DNA of 64,000 bases from Felis catus (taxonomy: Eukaryota), in contig NC_058369.1 of the NCBI RefSeq assembly GCF_018350175.1, forward strand, positions 28,026,001 to 28,090,000, read 5' to 3'. The notes beneath the pieces were generated by a model. It saw nothing but the letters and a program-made list of their open reading frames with translations, was not told where the DNA came from and did not search any database. Position numbers and translations under genes: made by a program. Shown here in pieces: positions 36,960-49,400 of the stretch; the first letter of the stretch is position 1, and each line of letters starts with the position of its first letter.

Positions 36960-37667
36960 GTATACAGGATAGGAAAAAAAAGATGATACACTCTCATTTC
37001 TGGCTAAGAACTTTTTTAATACGCTAAATTACCAGTTACATTTTTTTTCAGATGCAACATACATATTTTAACATAGAACATATTCTGACAGATCTGACAG
37101 AAGACATGAAAAACGTGTGCCTTCTATCATAATGATTATTTTTCTAATAACAACAGCTGTTTGCCTGTACAAGCAAGAGACTGTTTTTCCACATACCAGC
37201 AAGTACTAGCATTCAATCATGAAAGAAAAATAATTCTCTGAGGCCTTTCCCCACATGCCTTACATCAGCAGCAAGCTGTGCATTCTTATGTACTCTGAAA
37301 ATCTCAACCAAGTCAGGGCTGCTTCCTGCCTGACTACTTTGCTACTTTTTTCTTAATATGGCAAATACAAAGTGCTCACAATGGGCTGATTCAGAAGGAT
37401 GTGTATCAGTCAAACCTGTACAAATCCCAACCAAAAGGACACAGGGACAGGTGAGTGCCCTTTCTGTTCTTGCTTAATTACAAAGGAGATTAGAAGACAG
37501 TGATCTCTTAAAGGACTATAAAAAAATTGGTTAAAAGTCAACCATTAAATAACATACTCTTGTCTTATGACACTTGAGAACAGCTTGAAGTTCTCTCACA
37601 AATTTTAAGGTCTCGTTTCTCACATGTTGTGGTCATGGAGCACCTCACCTGTCAAAAGCTAATTAGA

Positions 37668-37860
37668 TCTGTGCTACCCAAAATGGAAGTCAACGGTCAC
37701 ACGTGGTTACTTAAATTTAAGTCAACTAAAATTGGATATTCGATTCGTCCATTGCAATAACCATATTTCAACGGTTCAATAACCACATGAAGCTACTGGC
37801 TTCTATACAGGACAGGGTAGAACATTTGCATCATTGTAGAACATTCTGTTGGAAAGCATC
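37668..37860. mobile_element. MER3 (hAT-Charlie)
   Basis: ctgtgctacccaaaatgg...cacgtggttacttaaattt...agaacatttgcatcattgtagaacattctgttggaaagca. Confidence 0.8.
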
Positions 37861-38429
37861 ATATTAGATAATAGAACACACTAAGTTAGCAATCTGGGAA
37901 AACTTTAAAAAACAGAGAAGTGAGTAGAAGGGTAATAGAAGTATGTATTTGGAAAGTAAACTAAGGGACTGCTTTAAAACAAAACAAATCACACCCTTGC
38001 AATTACAGTCTGTCAAATCAAACGAAAGGAACTTTTCATTGTTAGGTACGCTTAGAGACGTAGACAGTAAGATAAGTGGAAAGTTGTTTTCTATATACTG
38101 GTTTGATCCTTTCCTTGGCCACACACAGACTAAAACTCAAGCAAAAAGTCAGCCAGTCCTAAGTTATAGTTTTGCGTTTCTACAACAGGACGCTAGGCTC
38201 AGTGACATCCTTTCTGGGCTAAGTTCACATTAGAGATACTGGCTCTTGCCTTATTGTGGTAAATTATGGTGCTCTATGTTAGAGGATCCTTTATTTATTT
38301 TTAAATTGAAGTACAGTTGATGAGAGAATAAATACTTTTTATCTCAAGGTAGAAAAAAAATCACAATATATGCATTTTCTATTTCTTCTCACTCACTTGG
38401 AAGAGAGAAAGTTAACACTAGGGGAGTTC

Positions 38430-38570
38430 AAATAGTCCAACAATGGCTAAAAGCCTAACTCTGGAATCCTGAGAAACTGATTTTTTGTGGCTTCACTACT
38501 TTCTAGTTAGGTGTGCGTATACTCTGCTTCAGTATCCTCATCTGAAAAGCCTAAAGGAGATAATGCCTCA
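38430..38570 (+). mobile_element. MIR relic
   Basis: aatggctaaaagcctaactctggaatc...ctctgcttcagtatcctcatctgaaaa. Confidence 0.6.
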
Positions 38571-40097
38571 ACAATTCTCGGGTGCACACAATTTTGGACT
38601 AAAGGTATTCTTGACCGATGCAACCATTCTTCCTCTGGTGCTAATCATGAATTGAAAAAAAATGCATAGCACATTTTGTCAGAGTGAATACAAGAAAGAA
38701 TAACTTAAACGACAATACTACAAAACCATGGCAAAAATAAACAAACAAACAAACAAACAAAAAATTGCCCTCATCCCCACAGGCTGCTTTTATGGTGCAG
38801 AGGTTCCTAACATTGTACTGTACACAGCACAGCGAGTGCCCTAAAAAGCCCGGGTCACGGTACTGAGAGACAGCACCGAAATGAGTCAGACACATTCTAA
38901 GCATCCTTGGGAAGCCACGTGAGAAAGAGGATCACTCGGGATTTCCAGAAAGTCCAGGGATAGCAGGGATGGAGTGAGGAGAGAGCATGAGAGACTAGAA
39001 TGTCTGAAGATTCTGTAATGAAAACAATCTGCGGTCTCAGTCACTGACTATAATCAGACTCAGGGAACTCTTTGTAAGGACACTGGAATGCGCCCTGAAA
39101 TATGTAATCACACATTACCGTCAAGCCTGAGCATTTCCCACAGTCTGAAACATCATATACGCAAGCTGCCATTTGTAAAAAAAAAATTTCCCAGAAGTTA
39201 TTTTTTTCTTCCCATTTGCATAGAGACCTTGAGAAAAGTATCATGTCTGAGATGCAGCAGGAGGCATGATGGAACAAGTTTTCTAGGGAAGCTTCCACAA
39301 ACAGAAATAGAAATAGGTTCTGCCATCAACAGGATGAATTATAGGAAACTGCCCAAATTCTACCACATTCCACTTCCAGACTAGCTTTTCCATGAATTGC
39401 AACTACCCTGAAGAACACCTGACATTGTAACCATACATGCCAGACCGTATGTGCTTGATTTTCCACAAGTGTCTGTACCACAAAAATTTCTATGTCATTG
39501 TCTCTATAAATTATCAAAATATTCAAAATTTCCAATAGTATAACATTGTAAGTATATGTATCAAATTGTTTCTTGTACCTGGAATTAACAGAAAATTCCT
39601 TCATCACTCTCTGTCTTCCAAAAATGAGTCCTGGAAAGACAGGGAAGATTTCCAGTTGTTAGACTTCTTAGATGGTGCCAAAAAAAAAAAAAAAGAGACG
39701 ACACCTTTTGTTTTGTTTTTTCATTATATGACCCACCTGAACAGCTAGAGCAAATACAGAAAACCAGGACACATGATGGCGGCACCGCCATGGTGATCGC
39801 ACAGTATATTATGTATTAAAGTATATAAATTACCAACTGGTATATGAAGGACCAACTGCAAAGTCGGCCTTACCTCACTACTAGATAAAGCCTGGGAAGT
39901 AAAAAGAGCACAGGGCTTTGGTGGGGCGAGGGAGGCAGTCAGATGGGCCTGCCTCAAACCTCAGCACACTTCTCAGTAGCTATATAACTTCCACTTACTT
40001 AACTCTCAAATAAAGGTAACAATGCCCCGCTTGAAGACTTCCTGTAGGAAGTGAGGGAAGTGACCAAGAACAGAAGATACCATCCAGAATATAGCTT

Positions 40098-40300
40098 AAA
40101 AAAAATTTAATGTTAGTTTATTTTTGAGAGAGAGAGCAAGCAAGGGAGGGGGAGAGAGAGAAGGAGACACAGAATCTGAAGCAGGCTCCAGGCTCTGAGC
40201 TGTCAGCACAGAGCCCGAAACAGGGCCCTAACCCACGAACCACGAAATCATGACCTGAGCCGAAATCAATGCTTAACCAACTGAGCCTCCCAGGCGTCCC
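40098..40300 (-). mobile_element. Can-SINE
   Basis: TSD agaatatagctt at 40086-40097 and 40302-40313. Confidence 0.96.
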
Positions 40301-41228
40301 TAGAATATAGCTTGTAATGGAATTTGGGACCCTGTGTACTACTATAGCCCACGTCCATGGCAGATACCATTTGTCAATCTCCACATTTGCTACTTTTGTT
40401 ATGTATGAGTGAATACATACACTTTTATATTTCTATTAGGAAGGATATATATTACTATAATATATGCATATACAAATATGTATGTGTTTATGCATCTGTG
40501 TGCTTATACATAAAATGAGTGATTTGGCTCTTTGATCTCCAAAGTATTTTCCTTGGATGTCAACTTTTCTTTCTTTTTTTCTTCCTGGATTTAGATCTCC
40601 AAATCCAAAAATAACCTAGCTTCGCCAAATCTCCTCATTATTTGTTAAATGAACAGTGAGCCACTGTGAGCCCACATGCTGTATTTCTTATCCATATCTT
40701 AAAATGAAGAAGAAGGTCTGAAAGTCATACTCTTATTCCCAGTTCTCACCTAATACCTCCATGGAAGATAAGCAAATTAGCTTATCAGATACCAGTAATA
40801 CCAGATACAGTGCAACACACACAGCCTTTCTAATGACAATCAACTCTCAACACATCATACACATGTCAGAGGGATTCTGGCCCATCAGTCTACCCAGCCT
40901 CCTTACTTATTCTCACTTACCCTCTTGGATTTTATTTCCTCCCTCAGAAAGAAGAATCCCATCTGCTACAAAGAAATATTTGTAGCCAAGACGACAAAAG
41001 TGGAATCCCTACTTCATAACAGCTGTGAATCAAAACACCAGTGACTGAAATTAACTGCATTGTGCTGCCGAGCAGATGTGCGTGGAGAAACAAACTCGCG
41101 CTCTTTTGTTCCCAGGCACCATGTGTAAATCATCCACAGACAACACGGTGGGCCATGTTCTCACCTCATTGTTATTCAGTTCATTCTTAAAGTTCCCCCA
41201 ACTACCACAGACTTTGAAATCAAAATTA

Positions 41229-41351
41229 AAAAGAAAGAAAAAGAAAAAGAAAAAGAAAAAGAAAAGAAGAGAAGAGAAGAGAAGAGAAGAGAAGAGAAGA
41301 GAAGAGAAGAGAAGAGAAGAGAAGAGAAGAGAAGAGAAGAGAAGAGAAAAG
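41229..41351. repeat. Compound purine microsatellite (GAAAAA)n-(GAAGA)n
   Basis: Visible directly; about 120 nt of purines only on plus. Confidence 0.97.
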
Positions 41352-42043
41352 CAAAGCTTGGGATCCTTCTTTTTTTCCAAAAGAGTAGATTCTCAAAGTT
41401 GCCAATCACTCACTAGAAACCCTGACTAAACAGATGGGTTTTGATACCTCTGGTTTGATTTTAAATGCAAACATGTCAGTTTATGCTCTGGCACAGGTTC
41501 TTCTGTCTCAGAACCTTTTTTGGGTGTATAATTTTTTTTTTAAGTTTTGTTCTCTGAACTCGGTTTTTCTTACATTAGCAGTGAAGCCAATAGTGATCTT
41601 ACTACAGAAATACTTATGTAACTGTGACATTTTAATCCAATAGTCTTAAATCATTTTAAATCTAATAGTCTTAAGCAACTTTATTAAAAACCCTACAAAA
41701 TACATTCCAAGTGAAAAGAGACACCTGCAATTGAAGTTGCCTATTTATACGAATATAAAAGAATAAAAAAATTGGGGTTTTTTCCTTGGTGACTCTTTGC
41801 ATAATGAATACACACGTATTGTGTTCCCATAGCCAGGACTAGCAACTCAGTGGCACATTACCTCCCATCTTTGCTCTTATGCCCAGGATAGGCACTGATA
41901 ATCCACTTGAGGATTTCAGCCATCCTTGCATGTTGGAGCATTAGCTGCTCCCTGAAAGACATAAACCAAGGACAGACCTTAACACCAACTAGTTGATTAT
42001 CCAGTTAGAAAGAAGAACTATACACAAATTAAAAGACTAGAAA

Positions 42044-42251
42044 TTTTTTTAATGTTTAGTTTTGAGAGAGAGACAGAGACAGAGTACCAGCAGGGGAGGG
42101 GCAGAGAGAGAGGGAGACACAGAATCCAAAGCAGGCTCCAGGTTCTGACCTAACAGCACAGAGCCTGAAGCAGGGCTCACACTCATGAACCGTCAGATCA
42201 TGACCGGAGTCGAAGTCAGATGCTGGACCAACTGAGCCACCCAGGTGCCCC
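42044..42251 (-). mobile_element. Can-SINE
   Basis: Full body; degenerate TSD aaaa(t)gact(a/t)gaaattttt. Confidence 0.95.
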
Positions 42252-43170
42252 AAAATGACTTGAAATTTTTTAAGCAAAATGGCAAAATATGTGAGATGAA
42301 AAACTATAAGATAATTACTCAATTATTGAGAGAGTATATTTATTTTATTCTACCGTGAAGTTGGGTTGTTTTGAACTGGTTATTTCCACACAGTGCTTTA
42401 GTTCACAAGGGTAATCCTACGTAAGGCTTTGGGGGGGGGCAATAATATGCTGAATTTATCATTTTATTTCAAAGGATTACATAAGCAGAATAACTTTAAA
42501 TGGTGAAGTTAAAATCTGTTCAATGACAGCACTGTATTTTAAACTCACAGGTACGCGCACTCTGCAGAAGCCTGAAGAATCAGGTCCACGTGAAGACCAA
42601 GGCAGCAGAGAATGGGAGAACATACTTTATCACAAGTCACGGGTGCTTGCAGAAAATCTTCTTTGCTGCACTCTAGACTCTATTAATAGCCATATATTGA
42701 AAATAACACACTATTTATTGCCTCCCCCTCTCTTTCTCTCAACCATCTTTTTCACAGAATGAAGGCAGGAAATGCTATGTGCTTGTCTCTGAGAAGATGC
42801 CTCTAGCCAGCTTTCTGCTTTATAATTGGTATCAGTCTTTCCCCAATTCTAGCATTAGACTGACTTCCATCTTTAGTATGGGTGTGGTGGTTTCTATTCT
42901 CTTTCTGTGTCTTCATGGGTATTTGAGTGAGAGCTAGGCAAAGACTGCATGCTGGGCTGCCAGGGAAATGCTCACAGCACCTGGGTCAGTGCCCAGTGTA
43001 TACCGGGAGCTTAGGTAGTAGTTACTAAATGAACGACTGCATGAACAAAGTTTACGAGCACAATAGCTCTTTGCATAGCAGAGCAGGTAACTGATCACTT
43101 GGGCATGATTTGAAAGGCACTGAAAAGACTACTTTGGTCCCTAAATCTAGTAGATAAAATAAGTACCTAG

Positions 43171-43423
43171 GTAATATTCCACTGGATATATATACCCCAT
43201 CTTCTTTATACATTCATCTACTGATGGACACTTGTGCTGCTTCCATATCTTGGCTACTGTAAACAATGCAATAAACACAGAGGTACATGCCTCTTTTCGA
43301 ATAAGTGTTTTTGTTTTCTTTGGGTAAATGCCTAGGAGTGAAATGATTGGATCATGTGGTTACTTATATTTTTTTTAACTTTTTGAGGAACCTTCACATC
43401 TTTTTCCACAGTGGTTGTATCAA
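43171..43423 (-). mobile_element. L1 ORF2 3' fragment (carnivore/L1MA-like)
   Basis: cattcatctactgatggacacttg; ttccatatcttggctactgtaaacaatgc; ttttgaggaaccttcaca. Confidence 0.9.
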
Positions 43424-43512
43424 TAAATAAATATGTTTTGAAACATAGAGTGCTTGAAATTCTCACGTTATCAATATTGTGTGTTTGGACACTGAATGCC
43501 CTTGAAAAAAAT

Positions 43513-43620
43513 ATTATTGTGCTAAACTATACATAACTATACATAACACCAAATTCCTATTCTTAACCATGTTTAATGGTGCAGTTTTGCGGCATTTTCA
43601 TTCACATTAGTGTAAAGCCT
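43513..43620 (-). mobile_element. L1MB-like 3' terminus
   Basis: ttattgtgctaaactatacataac...aaattcctattcttaaccatgtttaa..gtgcagtt. Confidence 0.6.
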
Positions 43621-44404
43621 TCAAAAAGAACAAAAAGAACAAAAAAAAGATTGAATATCCTTTTCTTCTGATCAACATCAAAATAATTTATATAATTTAT
43701 ATAATCTAATACAACACAGAGTTTCCCTCTTCCCTCAAATAAAACATAAAGACTTAAAATTAACATGAAACACAGTAAGAGAAGAACTTGAAGACTGACA
43801 AGATGTTGGCTTTAAATGAGGAGCCAAAAATTTAACAGACTCAGAGGAGGTAAAAATATTTTCTGGAGGCAGTGAAAGCTGAGAATTACACAGAGTGGTT
43901 AGAAGTGAAGAAGTTAAACAGATTGAGGGAAAACTGGGAATAAGCTCACACTTGCTAGCTTTTTAAGCAAATGTTGGCTTTTTAAGAAGATTCTTCATTC
44001 AACCTTCTCAAGGAATTCATCATCAGCCTCATTTCTCAGCTAATTTTGAAGGAGAAAAGTTATATGCGCAGAGCAAATAATTAGGAGAGCCCAAGTTCAA
44101 GCCCATGTTGGTCGAATCCAACATTTATGCTTGTTAAACTCTGTTCTATCACCATTTCATATGAAGACAAGACTGACATCCTGTCAAGAAAAACTGAGGG
44201 CTAACAGAAGTTTTGGTTCCACTATCACTTGATAATTACTCCTAGGACTCTTCTTTTCTCACCTATACTACTCCTTATTTGGGGAGCTAAACCTTCCAGA
44301 CTCATTTCCTCTGGGGAGGAATGTGACAGAAGGCTGAGGAAAAATGGAAGCTTGCTCTGGCTTTTGTGTCTTAAGACCTAGTACTTGAAGAAAGAAATCA
44401 AGTT

Positions 44405-44441
<37 letters not shown>

Positions 44442-46540
44442 CAAGAAAGCAAAAACACAAGAAAAGGTCAGGATTAAGAACATGTTCTCTCTCTGTCCCA
44501 ACCCTAAACCCCACTCCCTCCATCCAGACAACCTGGGCTGAAAGTAAGGAGAAGTACAGAGCAAAAGCAATGACAATAAAAAAAGAATTTGCTGCTCCCG
44601 GGGTAAGCCTGGGAGATGACTAAACTTCCAGATGGCTTTGGGGAATCCAGGAGTACAGCAAGACCTGTCCCTCCTTCCACAAGGAAGAACCCTACAAGAA
44701 CAACAAAGCTCTCATTTCGGCCTTTTCCTTTCAGGATTTTATACTCACATTCTACCCCAAGTTTGTGGCGCTCAAATATCATATGAAAAGTAAATGCTGT
44801 CCCAACAAATGCCATGGCCAAAATGGAAACCTCACCACCTACATGCTTTGCAGACAGCAGCAACATATGGGACCCAGTCATGCACACACAGAAAGGACAA
44901 TTAGGACAATGGGTGTCTCCTTGGGCACCAGAGTCAAAAGATGACATTAGGGACCAGATGGGACCCTGCTGCATTTCCAGAACATGGACACAACCTGGGG
45001 AAAAGACAAAGAGTATCCCCAACATATTGATATCATTCTTCCTACCAAACTGATAGAATGGATATTTGAAATAGAAATCAAATTAAGTTACAAAATGATT
45101 ATATTTTTGCCTATCTTAGTTTGTGTAATAAAGCAGATCTTCTGTATAATCTTTTAAAATTTAACTCAATATACTAAAATACTACAGGATAACTCAGCAT
45201 AAATTGTTGGGTGCACAGGTGCCTAGTAGACCACACTAATATTTCAGGAAAAGGTATTTACTTTGCCCAATCTATTGAGACACTGAATGTTATCTGAAAT
45301 TTTATTAGAGTGGGGAACAGAGGTTAAGATGGACAGAGGGTAGGGCAAGGGACTTATCTAATCATAATGCTGATCAAATGGACACATTCTCTAGCGGTCT
45401 AAGGTAGAACTACAGAAAAACAGCATTTAATACAAGGGAAAAGCTATAGGTCAAGCTACTGACTCTGTTTAGATTTCACCTGGAATAAGTCTACATACAT
45501 AGTGAAGAAGAGGGGTGGTGATTAACTCTATTGTCACCCAGATATGTAACAAATACCACCCCAAATTTCCCAGCACCACTTGTCACAAAATCCTCTGTGG
45601 CCCCATTAATAATTTTTTTTTCTGCTGGTCTAGGCTGCAATTTAAAATTAGTGAGAGCAGAATCTCTTTCTTTCCCCCATCCACATTCTAATATACTGTA
45701 GACAGAACTGTCCACAACAATAGAAACGCTTTCCTTTTGCTTTAATGTCTCTTATAAAAGCCTTGGATTCTGTTAATTCTTGCCAGAAAATAACTTGTAT
45801 CCTAATAATGGCAGACAACTCGAATTCCAATGAGCCTGCTTTTGGTGACTTGTGTTTATAAAAACCATGTATCACTTTCTCCTGTGATCGGTCATCAAAT
45901 GTGGCATAATTTAACGTGACAGCTCCAATTTTAAGGATGGTATTTTGCACTCTGCTTTCAAACTCTACAACTACAGTTATCCAACAGAAGCTGGCTGACC
46001 TCAGTGGAGCAGACGGGGAACTGTTAACAGGTTGCCAACTTTAAATTACTGCCGAGTAGCTTAGCATATCTCCAGAATAATTCCTTTAAAAAGCAATTAA
46101 TCATCATTTCCAAAAGGTCCTCGGTGAAGTTTATTTTCTGTCTTTTACTTACGGGAGGCATTTTATTGAAAACTGCCTTTCCAAGCTCGGAGAGAAAGAT
46201 AAATCGTGAAGATTTCCAGGATGCAAACAAGGTGAAAAACTGGAGCTTGTAGATGAGACCATGGTGAACAAGATCAAGGATCTAGAGAAGCTACAAAATC
46301 ATGATTGAGACTAAAAAAGAGCACTGTTCCTTTTGTCAAATTCATGAAGGTACCTTTGTTTAAAGGCAGTAACACTACGTTTACCTTGCAGTATCCGCTA
46401 CCTTTAAGAGGAATGAAGTAATAAAATCCCAGACTATAGTTTACTGAATCTTAGATGACATCAATGTTAAGGCCTACCATTGTTTTAAGAAAACATTTTT
46501 AAAAAATTATGGCATGCCATCAGTTATTAAAAGAAAAAAG

Positions 46541-46761
46541 GGGGTGCCTGGGTGGCTCAGTCGGTTAAGCATCTGACTTTGGCTCAGGTCATGATCTCGT
46601 GGTTCGTTAGTTCAAGCCCCATATCAGGCTCTGTGCTGACAGCTTGGAGCCTGGAGCCTGCTTCAGATTCTGTGTCTCCCTTCTCTCTCTGCCCCACCTC
46701 TGCTAATGCTCTCTCTGTGTCTGTCAAAAACGTAATAATTGTTAAAAAATTAAAAAAAAAA
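46541..46761 (+). mobile_element. Can-SINE
   Basis: ggggtgcctgggtggctcagtcggttaagc head, full body and A-tail. Confidence 0.96.
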
Positions 46762-48988
46762 GATCTGATTTCACAAATGTCACCACACATAAATGCATGC
46801 CATTATTTTATTTTTTTAAGGTAACACTTGCTATTTTGTGTCTCACTAGTAATTTCTTGATAGAAAAATCACAACCAAAACTGAGATGGGTTTTTCAAGT
46901 TCTGTTTTTGTGTGAAGCTCCATCTTATCTCTTTTAGATTTCATTTCTGCCAAATCAATCCCTAGGGCAAAGGGTTTAAAGCAATAGCGAAAGTCCCGAC
47001 CAGAGAAGAAATGCCTGTTCTCTGTCAACATTTGCCTTTGTCTGTACCCAAACCCACAGTGACTCCTTTGAGAGGCCCCCAGAAAATGTTCATCGATTCA
47101 CACTTTTGTTCTTAGAGGCTGGTGTCCTTGACAACTGTAAAGATTGAGAAATTCTGCCAGTTCAGCCAGGATATGCTAACCATAACATAGTAGAAAAATA
47201 ACCAGTTGGCAATGCCCTCTTGGTTTTACCAATCAAAACAGCCGTAAGCCTACAAAACTATTCCATTACAAATGTGAAAATTATAATAATAATAGCTCTT
47301 AATAATTAAATATTGAGGAGGAAATGTTGAAAACATTTTGCCACAAACAATGAAGAAATCTGGGGGGCGGGGCGCAAGGTGGAATTGGCTGTTGCAGCTG
47401 GATTCCAGAAAAGCAACATGTGCAGTATCATTTTTGGCACCTGTGTATCTCCTTTTGATAAAGCAGAAAACCAACTCCATAAAGAGGGCCAATTGAAAAG
47501 GACCTGAATTTAGTTTTTGATGCAATCTATTGTACTGATGTTGTTTACTTAAAAAAAATTTTAAGTAGTTTTTCTTTCTTTTCTATATACGGAAGCATTT
47601 TTTTTCTTCTATGAATTATGTAATACTTAATTTCTTTTATAAAGCACGCCATCTTGAAATATAATGCCTGTCCTATGACTTGATAAAAAAAATGTTGCAG
47701 TTTCAAGTATGCTTTTATGATGTTTTTTGTTTTGTTTTGTTTTTTTAAATGGGAAGATTCCCAATCCGCCTACCAACTGAACTGTTTTGGTCATGAAACA
47801 TTACCTTCTCAGCATGTGGTATGCCCATCAGCAGAAAAGTAGTAAAGAAGAACAGACTAACTTTATTTATTACATTTGCATTGCCTACAAAGCCATTTAC
47901 TTAATGGATGAGTCTCATTAGCAGTCCAACCACAATATAAAGAATACAATGATGTGTTTCATAGGTTCATTAAAATAATATTTCAAAGGAGTCATTAGAA
48001 AAAAAAGAAGCTAAACATTCAACAGACAGTAAGTTGTCTGCAAATAAATGGGATGGAACCAACATGTTTTCAAGTAAGTTAAGAAACATGTTTACAAATA
48101 TATTACAGCCATTAAAAAAGGAAACATCAACTTAGCCAGAGCTGGGGGGACAATTACTCATGCAATTTACTAAAACAAAACTGTAACACTTTTACATCAA
48201 CATTTATTGTGGATGCAAACGGCTATAGGTATACAAAAATGGGTCTTAAGAAGGAAAATTTGTTCTATAGCCTGGAGATGATTCTCTTGTTTGAAGCAAA
48301 ATTTAAAACATTCAATCCTCTTTTCAGATCACTACTATTTTTTTGATACACCCTTCTGTGCTATTACCCTAAATCTACCGATCCTTTCATTTAAAAGAGA
48401 AAATCACAATAAATCAGCAAAACGAATAGTCCTGAAAAGACAAAATTTACACAAAGAAAACCCGAGGCAATTTATACCCTTGCATTCAAAATACAAAGTT
48501 CTATAAAGTCCATATTCTTTAACCACATCTAAGGGTTGACAAATGTTTGTTCAACAAATGAATGGATGAATGAGTCAATGAACAAAACAATTACTTAACC
48601 AAAGGGAGTTTTTAGGTTAGGCTGTTAATTACTGTTGCTTTTTTCACCCAGTATTTCCACCTGGAAGCAAAATTAATAGTTTTTATTTATATATTTCTAA
48701 TAACTTTGGAGGTTTTTTACATTTAATAGTGTCAAATTTTCACTAAGGATATAGATTCTATATTGAAACCAAGCATTTCAGAGGGATTCATTTTTGGATT
48801 TTTTTTTCCACAAAGAAAACTAACATATACACTAAAAGCCTCTAAAGAGAAAAAAAAAGACTGCAGTTATTTAAGTCTTTGAAAGGGCTTAGTTTTATAG
48901 TTCTAAAAAAGGCAAAGAAGGTAAGACACACACACAAAAGTATACCCACAATTTTGAAATAAGTCATGGGCATGGAGAATGTAGCACA

Positions 48989-49400
48989 TGTGGCATGGAG
49001 GGATAGCAAGGATGACCCCATGTAAGTCTGCAGGGACCTCTCACCTGCACATTGGACCTCACCCTTAGATGCTTAACTTATCTGTGTGACTTTATTTGGT
49101 CAATGGAACACCAGCAAATGTGACTCAGAAATAGGCTTGGAAAGCACTTGTGTACTTCTGTTTATGTTTCACAAACCCTCTCCCTCCACTGCTGTCATCA
49201 TGAGAACATGCCTAAACCATAGCTTGCTGGAGAATAAGAAATACTTGAAGCAAAGCTGAGTCACTCTAGTCAAAGACCACCTGGATGAGCCTAGATGAGC
49301 CCACAGCCAACTACCTCCCAGACATGTGAGCCAAGATCAGCCAAGTTGCCTGGGGAGCCCCAGCTGAGGCTAGGTTCATCAACAATGAACACGACTGTAG
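48989..49400 (+). mobile_element. MLT1H-like solo LTR relic
   Basis: agcaaatgtgac...aggcttggaaagcacttgtg; catgagaacatgcct; cagacatgtgagccaagatcagc. Confidence 0.75.

Noticed and set aside
40778..40789. 12-nt match to the 5' end of miR-21 (TAGCTTATCAGA)
   Set aside because: The match stops after 12 nt and there is no pre-miR-21 hairpin; chance.
41051..41429. Repetitive ORFs (LLFSS)n / (EEKRR)n
   Set aside because: Translations of the (GAAGA)n microsatellite.
43171..43435. Antisense L1 piece followed by aataaataaata, possible twin-priming inversion
   Set aside because: The sense 3'UTR portion is missing and there is no convincing TSD.
44504..45025. Longest ORF in the track (173 aa, minus)
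   Set aside because: No recognisable domain, non-ATG start and no convincing splice boundaries; consistent with a chance ORF.
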